Assembly (NCBI GenBank): GCA_963823665.1
Contig: CAWGMQ010000002.1
Location: forward strand, 192,001-256,000
DNA length: 64,000 bases
DNA from: an uncultured Planctomycetota bacterium
GTDB lineage: Bacteria > Planctomycetota > Planctomycetia > Isosphaerales > Isosphaeraceae
Direction of reading: 5' to 3'
Both the position numbers and the translations under genes were made by a program. This document shows positions 32,503-44,235 of this stretch, one piece after another. Within the stretch, counting starts at the first letter, position 1. Each line of letters opens with the position of its first letter. The notes below the pieces were generated by a model, which was not told the origin of the DNA, searched no databases, and saw only the letters and a program-made list of their open reading frames with translations.

Positions 32503-34609
32503 TCACTCACAGAATAGTCGGCGCACAGCTCTCCCTGGCGGGCGAACGCGTAAACCCGAATCCTTGGACTCTTGCGACTTCTTGTCCGCCTTCTTGTCCG
32601 CCTTCAGTTCTTCAAGTTCTTTGAGCACGCGCTCGAGCTTATTCTCAAGCTCACGCAGCCGATTCTCGTTTCCACCAAGCCGACCGCCGGGTCCTTGCGG
32701 CTGCTCGATGACGGGCCCGCGAGGTGGAGCACCCCCGCGTTGCCGCGCACCGAACGGGGTTATTCGTTGTGGTTGCTCACCACCACCGGGCGGAGTCACG
32801 CCCCTGGAGGTCCCACCGCCGCCGCCGCGTGATGGAGCCTCGTCCTCCGGTGCTCGATCAGGCGCCACCCGTGCAGCAGGAGGTTCCACTCGCCGACCGC
32901 CCGGACCACCAGGGCGCGGCATCATGCGCCTCTGCAATTCCACAAGCCGCCGGTTTGCCTGCCGCAGTTGCTGTTCGAGTGCACGCACCTCGCTGCGTGC
33001 CTTCTCAAGTTCCTCTCGCCCGCGGGCGATCTCGGCGTCGTTGTTCGGCCGAGCGTCGTCCTCCTTCTCGACTTCTCTTCCACGCCCCTGCTGACGTTGG
33101 GCTTCGACCCGCTCTCGCATCGCCGAGCGCATCTCGCCACGAGCACGTGTCCATTCTTCTTGCAGGTCGCGCCGCGATTTTTCCATCGACTCGCGCACCT
33201 CCTTGTTGATCGTTCCTCCCTTCTCGAAGGCCTTCCGGATCTCGTTGTGCGACTTCTCGACCGCCTTTCGCACGTCCTCAGCCGTCAGACCGTCCTTCTT
33301 CAGCGTCTCGTGGATCTCGCCGATCGACTTTTCGAGGGTCTTGCGAATGTCCTCGCCGACTGGGCCCAATTCCTTGGTAAGCTTCTCGACCAGTTCCTTC
33401 ACGTGTGTTTCAAATCGTTCGGCCGTCGCACGACTCTTTTCCTCCCTTCGGCCTTCATCCTGCTTGGCTTCCGCATCGCTCTTTTGTCCCCAGCTCGGTG
33501 CCAGGGGGAGCAGCAACATGGAGAGACCCAGTACGGCCAGACGGCCGGCCCAGGACAGGCCCTTCGGAGTTCTCGCACGCAAGATCATCTTGAGCCTCCT
33601 TTTCAGGCAGGAAACATGGCCGTTGCCACTGGCGGCCAACGATGCGGCCGGAGCGGTTCGGGCTCCCGAAACGAATTCAATGGCCGCCAAGAGAGCCGTC
33701 GCGTAAGTCTTGGCACCCTGGGGCATCGCCCAGATGACCCAGGCATCACAGCACTGTTCCTCGGCTTCGCGCAACAAACGGCGGCCCCACCACACGGCTG
33801 GATGCCACCAGTAAAGTCCGACGACGAAGAGCTCGAGCCAGCGCACCCAGTGATCGCGACGTTTCAAGTGCGCAAGCTCATGCAACAAAAGCCCGGTTCG
33901 CCCTTCCAGACTCGTCTCTGACCAGAGCTCAGACGGCACGAGAAGCCGGGGCCTGCCGCCGATGGCCCAGAGCATCGGTGGTACCCGGCCGGGCACAAGG
34001 CAGAGAGTCGGCGCCTCGGCTAGACCCAACCGATGACCAAGCTCCGCGGTGCAGCTCTGCCACTCCTCCGATGCAGGCTCGATCTCCTTGATCAATCGCT
34101 GGAATCGCATGATCCGAGTCAAAGCGAGTGTCCACCACGCAAGTGCACCGGCCAGCACCACCGCCAGCACAAGCTGCTCCCAGCTCCACCCAGCCGGTAA
34201 GCCAATGCCAATGTTCCAGACGCGAGCGGCAATGGCCGGCTTGTCCTCGGGGATTGCCCCCACCCTTGCTTCCGACTGAGTCGTCTCAACGATTTCTGAA
34301 ATCGCACCGCCTGGTTCATCCCACGGTGCATTCGCAGCAGCAGCAGATCGGCTCATCTCCGCCGGGGCAATCGACTCCGTGAAGCCTTTGCCAGCCTCGC
34401 CGCTTGACCACATCTCAGGCGCATGATTCGAGCCCTACCGGTAACGAGACGGGCACAAGCGGAGGCGTCACCAGCTTGAGCATCACCACCAGACAGAGAG
34501 CATGGATCAAGGCCGGCCGGCGGCAAGCACGGCCGATCATCGCCACCAGCACAACCAGGACCGCTACGGCCACCGCATTGCTCAACATGGCATGAACGAG
34601 CGATTCCAT
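32503..34609 (-). CDS. BlaR1/M56 family metallopeptidase with helical/coiled-coil C-terminal domain; frameshift near 34418
   Basis: N-terminus RRPALIHALCLVVMLKLVTPP (ORF 34415..34609); LLHELAHLKRRDHW, YWWHP, EEQCCDAWV, LKRRLKMIL. Confidence 0.92.
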
Positions 34610-34636
34610 GAGAAGAGAGCCTCGTCCCGGTGGATA

Positions 34637-35143
34637 TCAAGAAGAGCGGGAAGCCCCACCGCGCTTGCCTTTGATCGAGCGCGGACGTGACATTCGCGGC
34701 AGTTCCTCGATCGTTTCAGCGACTGCTTCCGGAGCGCCGCTTTCCCGATCAGAGCCCGGGCCTGCGTCAACCTCTTCCATGATGGCCCGAAGCGCCAGGC
34801 GATCGCGTTCGGTCAAATCCGTCGCCCGCGCCAGATGGGTCAAAAGCGGCGTGAGCGAGCCGTCGCACAACATTTCGGCCAGCGAGCGCAGCCGCCGGCC
34901 GATGAGCCCGTCACGGTCCAGCACTGCGCTGAAAACGTGTACATAAAGCGTTCGATCGCGGCGCACGTAGCCCTTGGCCTCCATCCGGTCGAGAAGCTTC
35001 TGGACCGTCGCGTACTGCGCCACCTCGCCGCCCGGATACAAGATATCCGTCAACTGGCGAATCGTCGCTGGCCCCCGGTCCCAGAGGATCCGCAAGACCG
35101 CAAGCTCCGATTCCGTGATGTCCTGTGCCGGCCGACCCATCAT
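34637..35143 (-). CDS. blaI: BlaI/MecI/CopY family transcriptional repressor
   Basis: ITESELAVLRILWDRGPATIRQL...YATVQKLLDRMEAKGYV...GSLTPLLTHL; directly upstream of M56. Confidence 0.93.
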   Translation of the reverse strand: MMGRPAQDITESELAVLRILWDRGPATIRQLTDILYPGGEVAQYATVQKLLDRMEAKGYVRRDRTLYVHVFSAVLDRDGLIGRRLRSLAEMLCDGSLTPLLTHLARATDLTERDRLALRAIMEEVDAGPGSDRESGAPEAVAETIEELPRMSRPRSIKGKRGGASRSS

Positions 35144-35159
35144 CCTGCTCGTTCGTTCT

Positions 35160-35228
35160 AGTCGTTTTGTCTGAACTTTCAGTCGTTTTGTCTGAGTTCA
35201 GATTAGAGCCTCGCGTCGCGGTTGTCAA
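35160..35228 (-). promoter_or_regulatory. Sigma70 promoter (TTGACA-17-TAATCT) with two 15-bp direct repeats, putative BlaI operators
   Basis: -35 at 35228-35223, -10 at 35205-35200; TCAGACAAAACGACT at 35195-35181 and 35174-35160 (21-bp period). Confidence 0.8.
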
Positions 35229-35239
35229 GTAGGGGTTGT

Positions 35240-36674
35240 TTACTGAATGATTTCCCTGACAACCCGCCCGTGAACGTCGGTCAGCCGGAAGTCACGTCCC
35301 GCGTAGCGATACGTGAGCTTCTCGTGGTCGAACCCCAGAAGCTGAAGAATCGTAGCGTGGAGGTCGTGAACATGCACCTTGTCGGCCGATGCTGCAAAGC
35401 CGAGCTCGTCGGTGGCTCCGTGAATGGTGCCGCCGCGCACGCCGCCGCCGGCAAGCCACATTGAGAATCCATAATGATTATGGTCACGCCCGGAGAGTGC
35501 CGGCAGCTCGGCCACCGGCGTGCGTCCAAACTCGCCTCCCCAGATCACCAGCACCTGCTCGAGAAGCCCGCGTGCTTTGAGGTCGGTGAGAAATGCGGCA
35601 ATGGCCTGGTCCCATTCGGCGGCAAGCTGCCGGTGGTGTGAAACGATGTTCTCGTGGTCGTCCCACGGCTGACCGGCGCCGCTCCATACCTGGATGAATC
35701 GCACCCCGCGCTCGAGCAGCCGGCGCGTGATCAAAAGCTGCCGCGCCTGCGTGCCTGGGCCATACAGAGCACGGATCAACTCCGGCTCGTGGCTGATATC
35801 GAAGGCGTCGGCCGCTTCGGCCTGCATCCGGTATGCCAGCTCGAACGACTGGATCCGCGCCTCGAGCGCCGGATCGTGCGGTCGAGCGGCTGAATGTCGC
35901 TCGTTCAACTCGCGAACCAGATCGAGCTGCCGCCGCTGCTCTTTCGGAGTAGACCCACTGTTGCGGATGTTCTCGATCAGCTTCTCGATCTCGGTGTGCT
36001 TGGTGTCGATGTACGTGCCCTGATAGGCTCCGGGCAGGAACGCCGACCGCCAGTTCTGCGTTGCCACGACCGGGTAGCCCCCGGGACACATCGCGATGAA
36101 ACCCGGCAAATTTTGGTTCTCCGAGCCCAGGCCATACGTGATCCACGACCCCATGCTGGGGCGCTGCAGCCGGCCGTCGCCGCAGTTCATCAGCATGAGC
36201 GACGGCTCGTGGTTGGGCACGTCCGCATACATCGAACGGATGACGCACAATTGATCGGCATGACAACTCGCCGTTCTGGCAAAAAGCTCACTGACCTCAA
36301 TGCCGCTCTCACCGTATTTCTTGAACGCAAACGGCGAGCCCAGGGCCGCGCCCGTCTTGCGCTCCGTGCGCAGAGTAGGACCGGGCAGCGTCTTACCGTG
36401 ATACTTCTTGAGCATCGGCTTGGGATCAAACGTGTCGACGTGCGACGGTCCACCGTTCATGAAAAGGTGCACAACCTGCTTCGCCTTGCCGGCAAACTGC
36501 GGCGGCCGCGGCGCCATTGGATCGAGCGCGCTGCGCCAGTGCAGCGTGTGCGTCCGAAGCAGGATCTTGGCCGTCCGCCGCGGCCAGAACTCCCGCGAGA
36601 CCAACCATTCCAAACCCCATGCCCGAGCGGCACAGCAGCTCTCGCCGTGAGAGTGCAGCGGTTGGATCGTTCAT
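35240..36674 (-). CDS. DUF1501 domain protein (Tat signal); frameshift near 36535
   Basis: LSRRELLCRSGMGFG in ORF 36426..36674; FMNGGPSHVDTFDPKP, WDDH, GEFGRTP, GRDHN in ORF 35240..36613. Confidence 0.92.
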
Positions 36675-36675
36675 A

Positions 36676-37791
36676 TTAGACCCGCAAGAAAATCCGGCTC
36701 CGGTAAAGGTGGAGCAATAAGAGCCATTCGACGATCAAGGTTCCAATCGCCAGGAGGGCCGGCCCGAACGAGCCTGAGAGGCGAGCGGCTCCCCCGAAAA
36801 GAAACTGCGATATCTCCGGAAATGGAATGATCCGGGAGGCCACGTAGATCGTGATCGAGTTGACGCCGATCACGACAAAGAAGAAGGCCCATCTGCGCAA
36901 CCCGATGACGTCGATGATCGTGTAGAACAGGGCGAGCAAGAGGAGGCTGAAGCCCCCCGCAATCAGCACGTAGGTGCTCGTCCAAAGAATCTTGATCACC
37001 GGGAAATACGTACTCCATCCCATTCCCAGCCCCACGCACGCGACCCCACCCAATCCCAGGCCCGCGGCCTTGATCCAGCGACCCCGGTTCGAGATCAACC
37101 ATTCTCCTGCGAGTACACCGAGAAGCGCCGTCGCGACGGCAGGGATCGCTGAAAGCAGTCCCTCGTTGTCGCCAAAACCATAATAGGATTGATAGATCTT
37201 GCCCGGCAGATAATGTCGGTCGATATAGCCTGCCAGGTTCGTCGGCTTGGTCAAATCGCCTGCGTGCGAATCGGGTGATGGCACGAACATCAAGGTGGCC
37301 CAGTACCCGAGCAGGATGGCGACAAAAACGATGATCCGAGTGTAGATCTTGGTCAGCAGGAAAATCACCGCCGCAATTCCGTAGCAGATCGCAATCCGCT
37401 GCAAGACGCCTGCGTAGCGCTGCGACTCAAACCGGAACTGCAGCGCGTTGTTATAAACGAGGCCCAACAGGAAGAGCAGAACCACGCGTCGCGCAATGCG
37501 CATGAATACCAGACGCTTCGGTTGTTCCTGCGTGTGGTACCCCTTGAGCGAAAACGGCAGAACAACTCCGACCAGGAAGAGAAACAATGGAAAGATCAGG
37601 TCGTAGAACCTGAATCCTTCCCATTCAACATGTTCAAATTGCTCGGCGAAGCGACGGCTTGCGCTGGTGCCCCACCACGCTCCAATCGCTCGCGCCGCGT
37701 CATCGCCACCGACAATCCAGAACATGTCAAAGCCGCGCAGCGCGTCGATTGATGTGAGTCGCCGTGCGGGCTTATCCACTACTTCACTCAT
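36676..37791 (-). CDS. DUF5009 / heparan-alpha-glucosaminide N-acetyltransferase-like membrane protein
   Basis: RLTSIDALRGFDMFWI, HVEWEG, DLIFPLFLFLVG, GVLQRIA, NEGLLS, PVIKILWTSTYVL. Confidence 0.9.
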   Translation of the reverse strand: MSEVVDKPARRLTSIDALRGFDMFWIVGGDDAARAIGAWWGTSASRRFAEQFEHVEWEGFRFYDLIFPLFLFLVGVVLPFSLKGYHTQEQPKRLVFMRIARRVVLLFLLGLVYNNALQFRFESQRYAGVLQRIAICYGIAAVIFLLTKIYTRIIVFVAILLGYWATLMFVPSPDSHAGDLTKPTNLAGYIDRHYLPGKIYQSYYGFGDNEGLLSAIPAVATALLGVLAGEWLISNRGRWIKAAGLGLGGVACVGLGMGWSTYFPVIKILWTSTYVLIAGGFSLLLLALFYTIIDVIGLRRWAFFFVVIGVNSITIYVASRIIPFPEISQFLFGGAARLSGSFGPALLAIGTLIVEWLLLLHLYRSRIFLRV

Positions 37792-37811
37792 ATGTTAACC
37801 CTGCAGTGCGC

Positions 37812-37829
37812 TCATCATCATCATCATCA
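37812..37829 (-). repeat. (TGA)6 run: six tandem in-frame stop codons ending the PSD1 gene
   Basis: Plus strand tcatcatcatcatcatca; minus strand ...GTT GAC TGA TGA TGA TGA TGA TGA. Confidence 0.9.
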
Positions 37830-40688
37830 GTCAACGAACACAAACTCGTTGGCCATCAGAATCGCCTGGACGACAGACTGCCATTGTCTCTGGTCGGTCG
37901 AGGATTGGCCAAGGTATCCGCGAATCATCGTGAGCTCTTCCTCGTTCATCGGCCGTCCATATGCCAGCCGAAATAGCCGGCCGCCTTTGCCCCGCAAGTC
38001 GCTCACGCCCGCGATATCAGCACGAGCCAGCATCGAGCGAGCGACTTCGATCATGAACGGGTGGTTCATCAAGAAGAGCGCCTGAGGCGCAACAGTGGTC
38101 TGATCGCGGCGCGGACTGGTTGTGCTCGGATCGGGAAAATCAAACGTGCGGTAAAGTCCAGGCAGGTTCAAGCGATCGACGAAGCCGTAGATCGTCCGCC
38201 CTGGCTCAGAACCGGTCAAGCCCATCATGGGCGGGCCGCCGATCCGGCCGCTTAGCCGGCCGGAGACAGCCAGCAGTGCGTCACGGGTTGCCTCGAAGTC
38301 AAGGCGACGACGATTGGCCCGCCAGTACAGAGCGTTCTCGACGTCAATCGCCGCGGCTGCAGATCGATCCTGGCTTCGTTGCTGATAGGTGCTCGACATC
38401 ATGATCAGGCGATGCAGCCGTTTGATCGACCAGCCTCCCTGGATGAAGCGCGACGCGAGATGATCAAGCAGCTCCGGGTGAGTGGGTGGCTCGCTTCGCT
38501 GACCAAAGTCGCCGGGCGTCGCCACCAGCGGCGTGCCGAAATGGTGCATCCACACGCGGTTCACGATCGCTCGAGCCGTCAACGGGTTGCTCGGGTCTGT
38601 GATGGCCCGGGCCAGGTCGAGCCGGCCTCCGCCATCGTGAAACGGCTCGCGCTTGGGCCCGGTCAGGATTCCCAGGAACTGCCGCGGCACCGGTTCACCC
38701 GGATTGTTGGGGTTGCCCCGTAGAAACACACGCGGCTCAAACGGCGCCGGTGTATCCTCCAGACTCATCGCCCGGGCCGGCGCACCCGGCCCGGTCGTCA
38801 GCCAGTTCTGTACCGCATTCTGAAGTTCCTGGAGCTTCGCCTGCGACGGCCGGTCAGGCAACAGACCCAAAGCACCGTACGGAAGCATCACGACGCTCGG
38901 TGGGCTGTCTGGCCCGTGAAATACCTGACGCAGCGACTCGAGCACCGGATCAGGGAGAGGCTCTGGCACTCGCCCATCAAGCTCAGCGCGGCAAACTCTT
39001 TCCTGCCAGATCTGCTCGACGCCGTTCAGCAACTGCGAATACACCTGTGCTACCTCCGACAGCGATCGCGGCGGCCGTTCAGAAAGCGCGCGTAGGACAA
39101 TCAAGTTGACCGACTGCACCAAATTTGCGCCCGAAGAGATAGAGGTACTCGTAGCCGCGAACTTGCTGATTAACCGGGCTGCAGCTTGCTCAAACTCTCG
39201 CTCCGGCAGCGCAGCGAGCGCATGCCAGGGGGCAAAAACAGGCTCATGGGTCTTGCGCATCCGCGTGAGATAGACTTGCCACCGGACGAGCATCGTCGGG
39301 TTCAGATCGCTCCCATCGGCAAGCAACATGAACTCTTCCGTACTCGGCTGATCAAGCGTCTTCTGCGCAGCGAGCATGTACTCCGCCGCCCGTAGCTTCG
39401 TTGACTTGACCATTTCCCGGTGTTTGCCCGCGACGAACTCGCTTAACTTCCGCTGCCGCGATTCAAGTTCTTTGACGAATTTCGCGTAGGCCGGTGTCGG
39501 CGCCGGCCGGCTGGCTTCTGGTGGAATCTCCGGCTCGCGGGCACTGGCCAGCACGCCGTAGAGTGAGTAGTAGTCCTGTGCGGGAATCGGATCGAATTTG
39601 TGGTCGTGACAGCGGGCGCATGTGACCGTGAGGCTCATGAGCCCGCGACAGACAACGTCAATCCGATCGTCGATGATGTCATGAACATTCCCCATGAACC
39701 GGCCGCCCAGACTGAGGAACCCCAGTGCGACGAGTGGTCTTTCGCCATCCTCGGCCGGAAGACGATCGGCCGCGATCTGCTCGACCAGGAATCGGTCATA
39801 GGGCAAATCTCGATTGAACGAGCGGATAACATAGTCGCGGTATGTATACGCCCAGTGGAAATTCGCATCCTGGAACAAGATATATCCCTTGGTGTCGGCA
39901 TAACGCGCCACGTCGAGCCAGTAGCGCCCCCAGCGCTCACCGTATCGTGGCGAAGCCAGCAGCCGGTCGACCAGACGTAGGAAGGAATCAGGAGCTGCAT
40001 CAGCCTCGAATGCATCGATCTCATCGGGTGTGGGAGGCAGCCCGGTCAGATCAAACGACGCGCGGCGGATCAGGGTCCGGCGGTCTGCATGCGCCGAAGG
40101 CGTCAGGCCCCGGGCTTCGAGCCTCGCAAGAATAAATCGATCAATGGACGTTTTGGGCCAAGCCTTTGCTTTCACTTCCGGCGGTGAAGGATCCGAAACC
40201 GGCTGAAACGCCCAATGTTGCTTCGCGCCGGCGGCCGCATGGTTTTGACCCGGGCCTTTGCCTGATCCCCGAAGGTTGCCCGGCCACGGCAGACCCATCC
40301 GCACCCAATTGGTGATATCGGCGATCGCCTGTGGATTCAGCTTCGATTTAGGAGGCATCTTGATCGGCCCGCCATACCCGATCGCTTCGATCAACGGGCT
40401 CTCTTCCGGATGCCCTGCTATGACAACCGGACCATTATCGTTTCCACGAAGCACACTTTCGCGCGAATCAAGCCGCAGACCCGATTCCTGCTTGCGCGGC
40501 CCATGACACTTGAAGCAATGTTCCTCGAGAACCGGACGAATCTTCGCCTCGAAAAAATCAGCTTGCTGAGCGGTGATGTCTTGCTTGGCGCTGGTCCTGG
40601 GCGAGTTCACGTCATCTCCGCCAGAAACGAGCGAACACGCCACGCAGAGCACAACAGCAAGAAGGGCGGACCACCTCATCTCGATCAC
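37827..40688 (-). CDS. Planctomycete cytochrome c + DUF1549 + DUF1553 (PSD1) protein
   Basis: FFEAKIRPVLEEHCFKCH, HWAFQP, YGERWGRYWLDVARYAD, CARCHDHKFDP, NRVWMHHFG, NEFVFVD. Confidence 0.95.
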   Translation of the reverse strand: MIEMRWSALLAVVLCVACSLVSGGDDVNSPRTSAKQDITAQQADFFEAKIRPVLEEHCFKCHGPRKQESGLRLDSRESVLRGNDNGPVVIAGHPEESPLIEAIGYGGPIKMPPKSKLNPQAIADITNWVRMGLPWPGNLRGSGKGPGQNHAAAGAKQHWAFQPVSDPSPPEVKAKAWPKTSIDRFILARLEARGLTPSAHADRRTLIRRASFDLTGLPPTPDEIDAFEADAAPDSFLRLVDRLLASPRYGERWGRYWLDVARYADTKGYILFQDANFHWAYTYRDYVIRSFNRDLPYDRFLVEQIAADRLPAEDGERPLVALGFLSLGGRFMGNVHDIIDDRIDVVCRGLMSLTVTCARCHDHKFDPIPAQDYYSLYGVLASAREPEIPPEASRPAPTPAYAKFVKELESRQRKLSEFVAGKHREMVKSTKLRAAEYMLAAQKTLDQPSTEEFMLLADGSDLNPTMLVRWQVYLTRMRKTHEPVFAPWHALAALPEREFEQAAARLISKFAATSTSISSGANLVQSVNLIVLRALSERPPRSLSEVAQVYSQLLNGVEQIWQERVCRAELDGRVPEPLPDPVLESLRQVFHGPDSPPSVVMLPYGALGLLPDRPSQAKLQELQNAVQNWLTTGPGAPARAMSLEDTPAPFEPRVFLRGNPNNPGEPVPRQFLGILTGPKREPFHDGGGRLDLARAITDPSNPLTARAIVNRVWMHHFGTPLVATPGDFGQRSEPPTHPELLDHLASRFIQGGWSIKRLHRLIMMSSTYQQRSQDRSAAAAIDVENALYWRANRRRLDFEATRDALLAVSGRLSGRIGGPPMMGLTGSEPGRTIYGFVDRLNLPGLYRTFDFPDPSTTSPRRDQTTVAPQALFLMNHPFMIEVARSMLARADIAGVSDLRGKGGRLFRLAYGRPMNEEELTMIRGYLGQSSTDQRQWQSVVQAILMANEFVFVD

Positions 40689-43600
40689 GCTCCTTTCGCG
40701 GAAGACCGCGGCAGCTCGTGCGTGAAGATGAGATCACGAGGAAGCTTGCTGCGTGCCAGGTCGACCAGGTGCTGATGGTGCGTGAAGAAAAGAACCTGGG
40801 TCTTGGTCGAAAGCTCCGCCAGCGCATTGAGCGCGGCCGCTGCGCGATCGTCGTCGAAGCTCAAGAGGATGTCATCCACGATGAACGGAACCGGCTCATG
40901 CGACTGGAGCCACGATTCCAGGCTCGCCAGCCGGAGCGCCAGGTAGAGCCCGTCGTGAGTTCCATCACTCATTCCTTCAACCCCGACCAGAATCCCACCT
41001 GGCCTCACTCCCTTGACGACCGAATGACCGCTACCGTCGTCGTCGATTTGCAGGCCGGTGAACGAGCTGCTCGTCAAGATCGCAAACAGCCTGCTTGCCC
41101 GCGCCAGGATCGGACCTTGGTTCTGTTCGCGATAGCGTTCGATCCCACGATGGAGCACGGCCGCAGCGAGTTTCAATGTGGCAAACCGCGCGACATCACC
41201 CTGCAGCCGAGCCATCAGCGTCTGGATATTCTCAGCCGTCTCGGCAGCCAGGGAACCGCCGCTCATCCTCGACAGTGCTTCGCGAGCCGCGCCGGTGGTT
41301 TCCTGCACGGCGCGCTGCTCATTCTCGAGTGAAGCGATTCGGGTTTCCAGCTCTTTGATCGACGCATCAAGTGCGTCGGTGTCGGCCTGTTCGACCTCTT
41401 TGACGAAGCAAGCCGGATCATCCCCCGCAGTCGCAACCAGTAGTTCTTCACCCACAGCGGCCAGGTCTTTCTCCAGCCTTGCCCCAGCCTGCGACCGTTG
41501 CTCAGCTTCGACAAGCTCGCTGCTCTCGCTGCAATTCGCCTCCTGGCAAAGGCGCTCCAGGCATACCCGGGCTTCCTCGAGCTGAGTTTGACCCGTGCGG
41601 AGCCCGCTCTCCTCACGCTTTAGCAGCTGCAAGAGCGCTTCGGCTTGGCGTGCGTCGGCTTGTGCGACGCGGAGCCGGCTCCCCAGCTCGCGCGCCTGCT
41701 CGGCGACGGGATGAGACTCTAGATCCGGGGCCAACTGTGCGGCGAGCGCACGCACGTCCCCGGCAAACCGCTCGGCATCGCGATCAATACCCTGAATCCG
41801 TTTCTGCAGGTCGCGGTGGCTGTCGAGCTCTTGAAACAGTTTACCGATTGCCGTCAGGATGACTTCGGCCTGGCCCGGCGCAGCACCGGCTTCAAGACCG
41901 ATCCGCTTCATCTTGAGAGACCAATCCTCGCGCCACACGAGAAGCTCACTCTCGGCCGACTGAAGTGACAGCCGGGCGCCAGCTTGCTCGGTCCGGGCGG
42001 CCGCAAGCGTCGACTCAAGCCGGGCCCGCTTCTGGGCGAGCTCGTCCTGCCGTTTGATCATCTCCTCGGCCAGATCGAGCGATTCGGCCAGATCGAGGTC
42101 ATCGATCTTCGGCCGGTAGAGTAGCGGATCTAATGCCCTCTGGACCGTGCCACAGACAGAGGCGAATGCTCGTTCGAGCGTCTCCATGCTCTGGCGAACG
42201 TCCTCTGCTTTCTCGAGAAGATCGACGACCTCCTCTCGTTGCCGGAGCCATGCTCGCAATTCAGGAGGCGTCCATCGTTTGGCGTCGATGCCGAGCGAAG
42301 CGACCAGTGTCTTCCACTCTTCGTCCAAGCCGATCTGGAAATCATCGAGCAGTTCGAGTTGATTGTCGAGTTCCGCGCAGTTGGCCCGGTGCCGGTTCAG
42401 AGTGGCCTCCAGCTCAACCTTGCGGGCCACGCGGTCAGCGTCTCGGCGCAGGCGATCAGCCAGCGCGTCGGCGTGCTTGACGCTCTGCGCGTATGCCTCG
42501 GCGAGCGTACCGGACGGTGCGAATTCAGCCAGAAAAGCCGCAGGTTCTTCCTCACCTTTCGCACTGCCAAGCCATGCAGCTAGCACAAGCTGCCAACCAT
42601 CGTCTCTCCGCCGGCGAGCTGCAAGAACCGCTTCCTCACTGGGCAAATCCTGCTGAAGCGCCACGGTGTGCAGGCTGCTCTCTCGCTCGCGGATTGATTC
42701 CTTTTCGCTCGCTAGCCGCTCGTCCAGCGTTTGCCGGCGTCGCGATAAATCCAGGAATCGGCTTTCAAATTGATCCAGGGTGGCGTCCAGAGGAATGGCA
42801 AGCTGCCGGAGCTCTTCGGCCGTGCCGTGCCATCCTTTGTGCTGAGCCAGGGCCGCGGCTATATCTTTTTGTGCGCGGACTGACTGATCGCGCGCCTGTG
42901 CAAGTTGCGCGTCGAGATCCCCCGCTTTGCGGGCTTGCCGTACCGCGCGGCGGAGCGCATCCAGGTCAGCCGGTTGTTCCAGCTTGCTCAATTCGCTCTC
43001 CCGCGTCCTGGTCTGTTCATCATGACGAGCGATCGTCCTTCGTGCCTCGTCAGCCTGGCCTCGAAGCTCGGCGAATTTCTGGCCCATCGCGCGGATGATC
43101 GCCGGCTCATCGGCTCGAAGCCTCAGTGACTCGGCTTGATCGAGATCAGTCGGACGGCCCAGCTCGCGAAGCAACCGCCGCGCTGCGTATTCGTTCGTCT
43201 GCTGAAGGTTCTCGATGTTGGCTCGATCCAGACTCGCTTTCTCGAAGGCACCCAGCCGTTCTTGAAGTGCCTCGATCTGGTCGCCGGCATCGAGCAGCGC
43301 GCGCGGGGGATCAATCAGCCTCAAGCTCGCTGTGATCTCTAGAATTGCAGCGTGTGCCCTGGCAATGGCATGCTGGGCAAGGGTCTTTTTATCCTGCGCA
43401 GCACGAAATTCCGCGCCGAAGCCGTCACGCAGCCGGATGAAATCACCGAGCTTTGCCAGCTCACCCGCGAGCTGCTGCCGCCGGGCAATCAAGGGAATGG
43501 CCGACTTGATTCGCGTCAACCGGCCATGCTCGACCCGACTCCTTCGGATCTCCTCCCGAAGCCGTTCCGCATTGCTGAGCGATTCCCGGTAGGCGCCATC

Positions 43601-44229
43601 GCGCTCTTGCCATTCCTCGATGGTCAACTGCTGCCGTTTCCATTCCTTCTGCGCGTCGTCCAGTTCGGTCAGCACCTTGTTGATTCGCGGGTTCTGGGCG
43701 CGCGGCTTGAAGAGATCATCGAGCCCTTGCTGCAAGGTCTGCTGAGCGCGGCGCAGACCCGCCAGCCCGGCGCCGGCCGCGAACAGCAGCTCCCCCAGTA
43801 CTCCCTTGCCCGTGCGGATTTCCTCACCGGCTTGCGAGAGCCGTTCGTGATCGATGCCAAAGAGTGACTCGAAGGTCTGCTGGTTCAAGTCGCCGAGGAA
43901 TCGTCGCCGCCATTCCTCGGGGATGGTCGTGGAGTCATCAGCAGCACGCAGCGTGTTGCCTCTTCCGCGGCGACGCAGAATCTCCAGCTCGCCGCCATCG
44001 CTGTGCCGAAGCGTCGCGCCCACGCGAAGCTGCTCGTTGGGATGAACGAAGTTATCGGCAGACAGGTGCGGAAAGCCAAAGAGCAAGTGCGAGATGGCCC
44101 GCAGCGCCGAGTCTTTCCCGCCTCGTTGGGGCCGTAGATCAGGTGCAGACCGTGTTGCCCGGCGGAAAGGTCCAGCACGGCACTGCTGAAGGGCCCGACC
44201 GCTTTCAAATTCAGCTGGAGCAGCTTCAT
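40685..44229 (-). CDS. yhaN: YhaN family SMC/Rad50-like AAA ATPase; frameshift near 44112
   Basis: MKLLQLNLKAVGPF...IYGPNEAGK (Walker A, ORF 43885..44229); long coiled coil; MSDGTHDGLYLALRLA, PFIVDDILLSFDDDR, QVLFFTHH. Confidence 0.9.
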
Positions 44230-44235
44230 GACGGA

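Noticed and set aside
34411..34420. TGA after ...ESCA in the M56 gene as a second selenocysteine
   Set aside because: The downstream coding sequence is in a different frame, so this is a frameshift rather than readthrough.
35160..35195. Direct repeats as a mini-CRISPR
   Set aside because: Only two 15-bp units with a 6-bp spacer and no cas genes; better explained as operators.
37792..38085. Plus-strand ORF with His5 as a metal-binding peptide
   Set aside because: It is the antisense reading of the (TGA)6 run and the PSD1 3' end.
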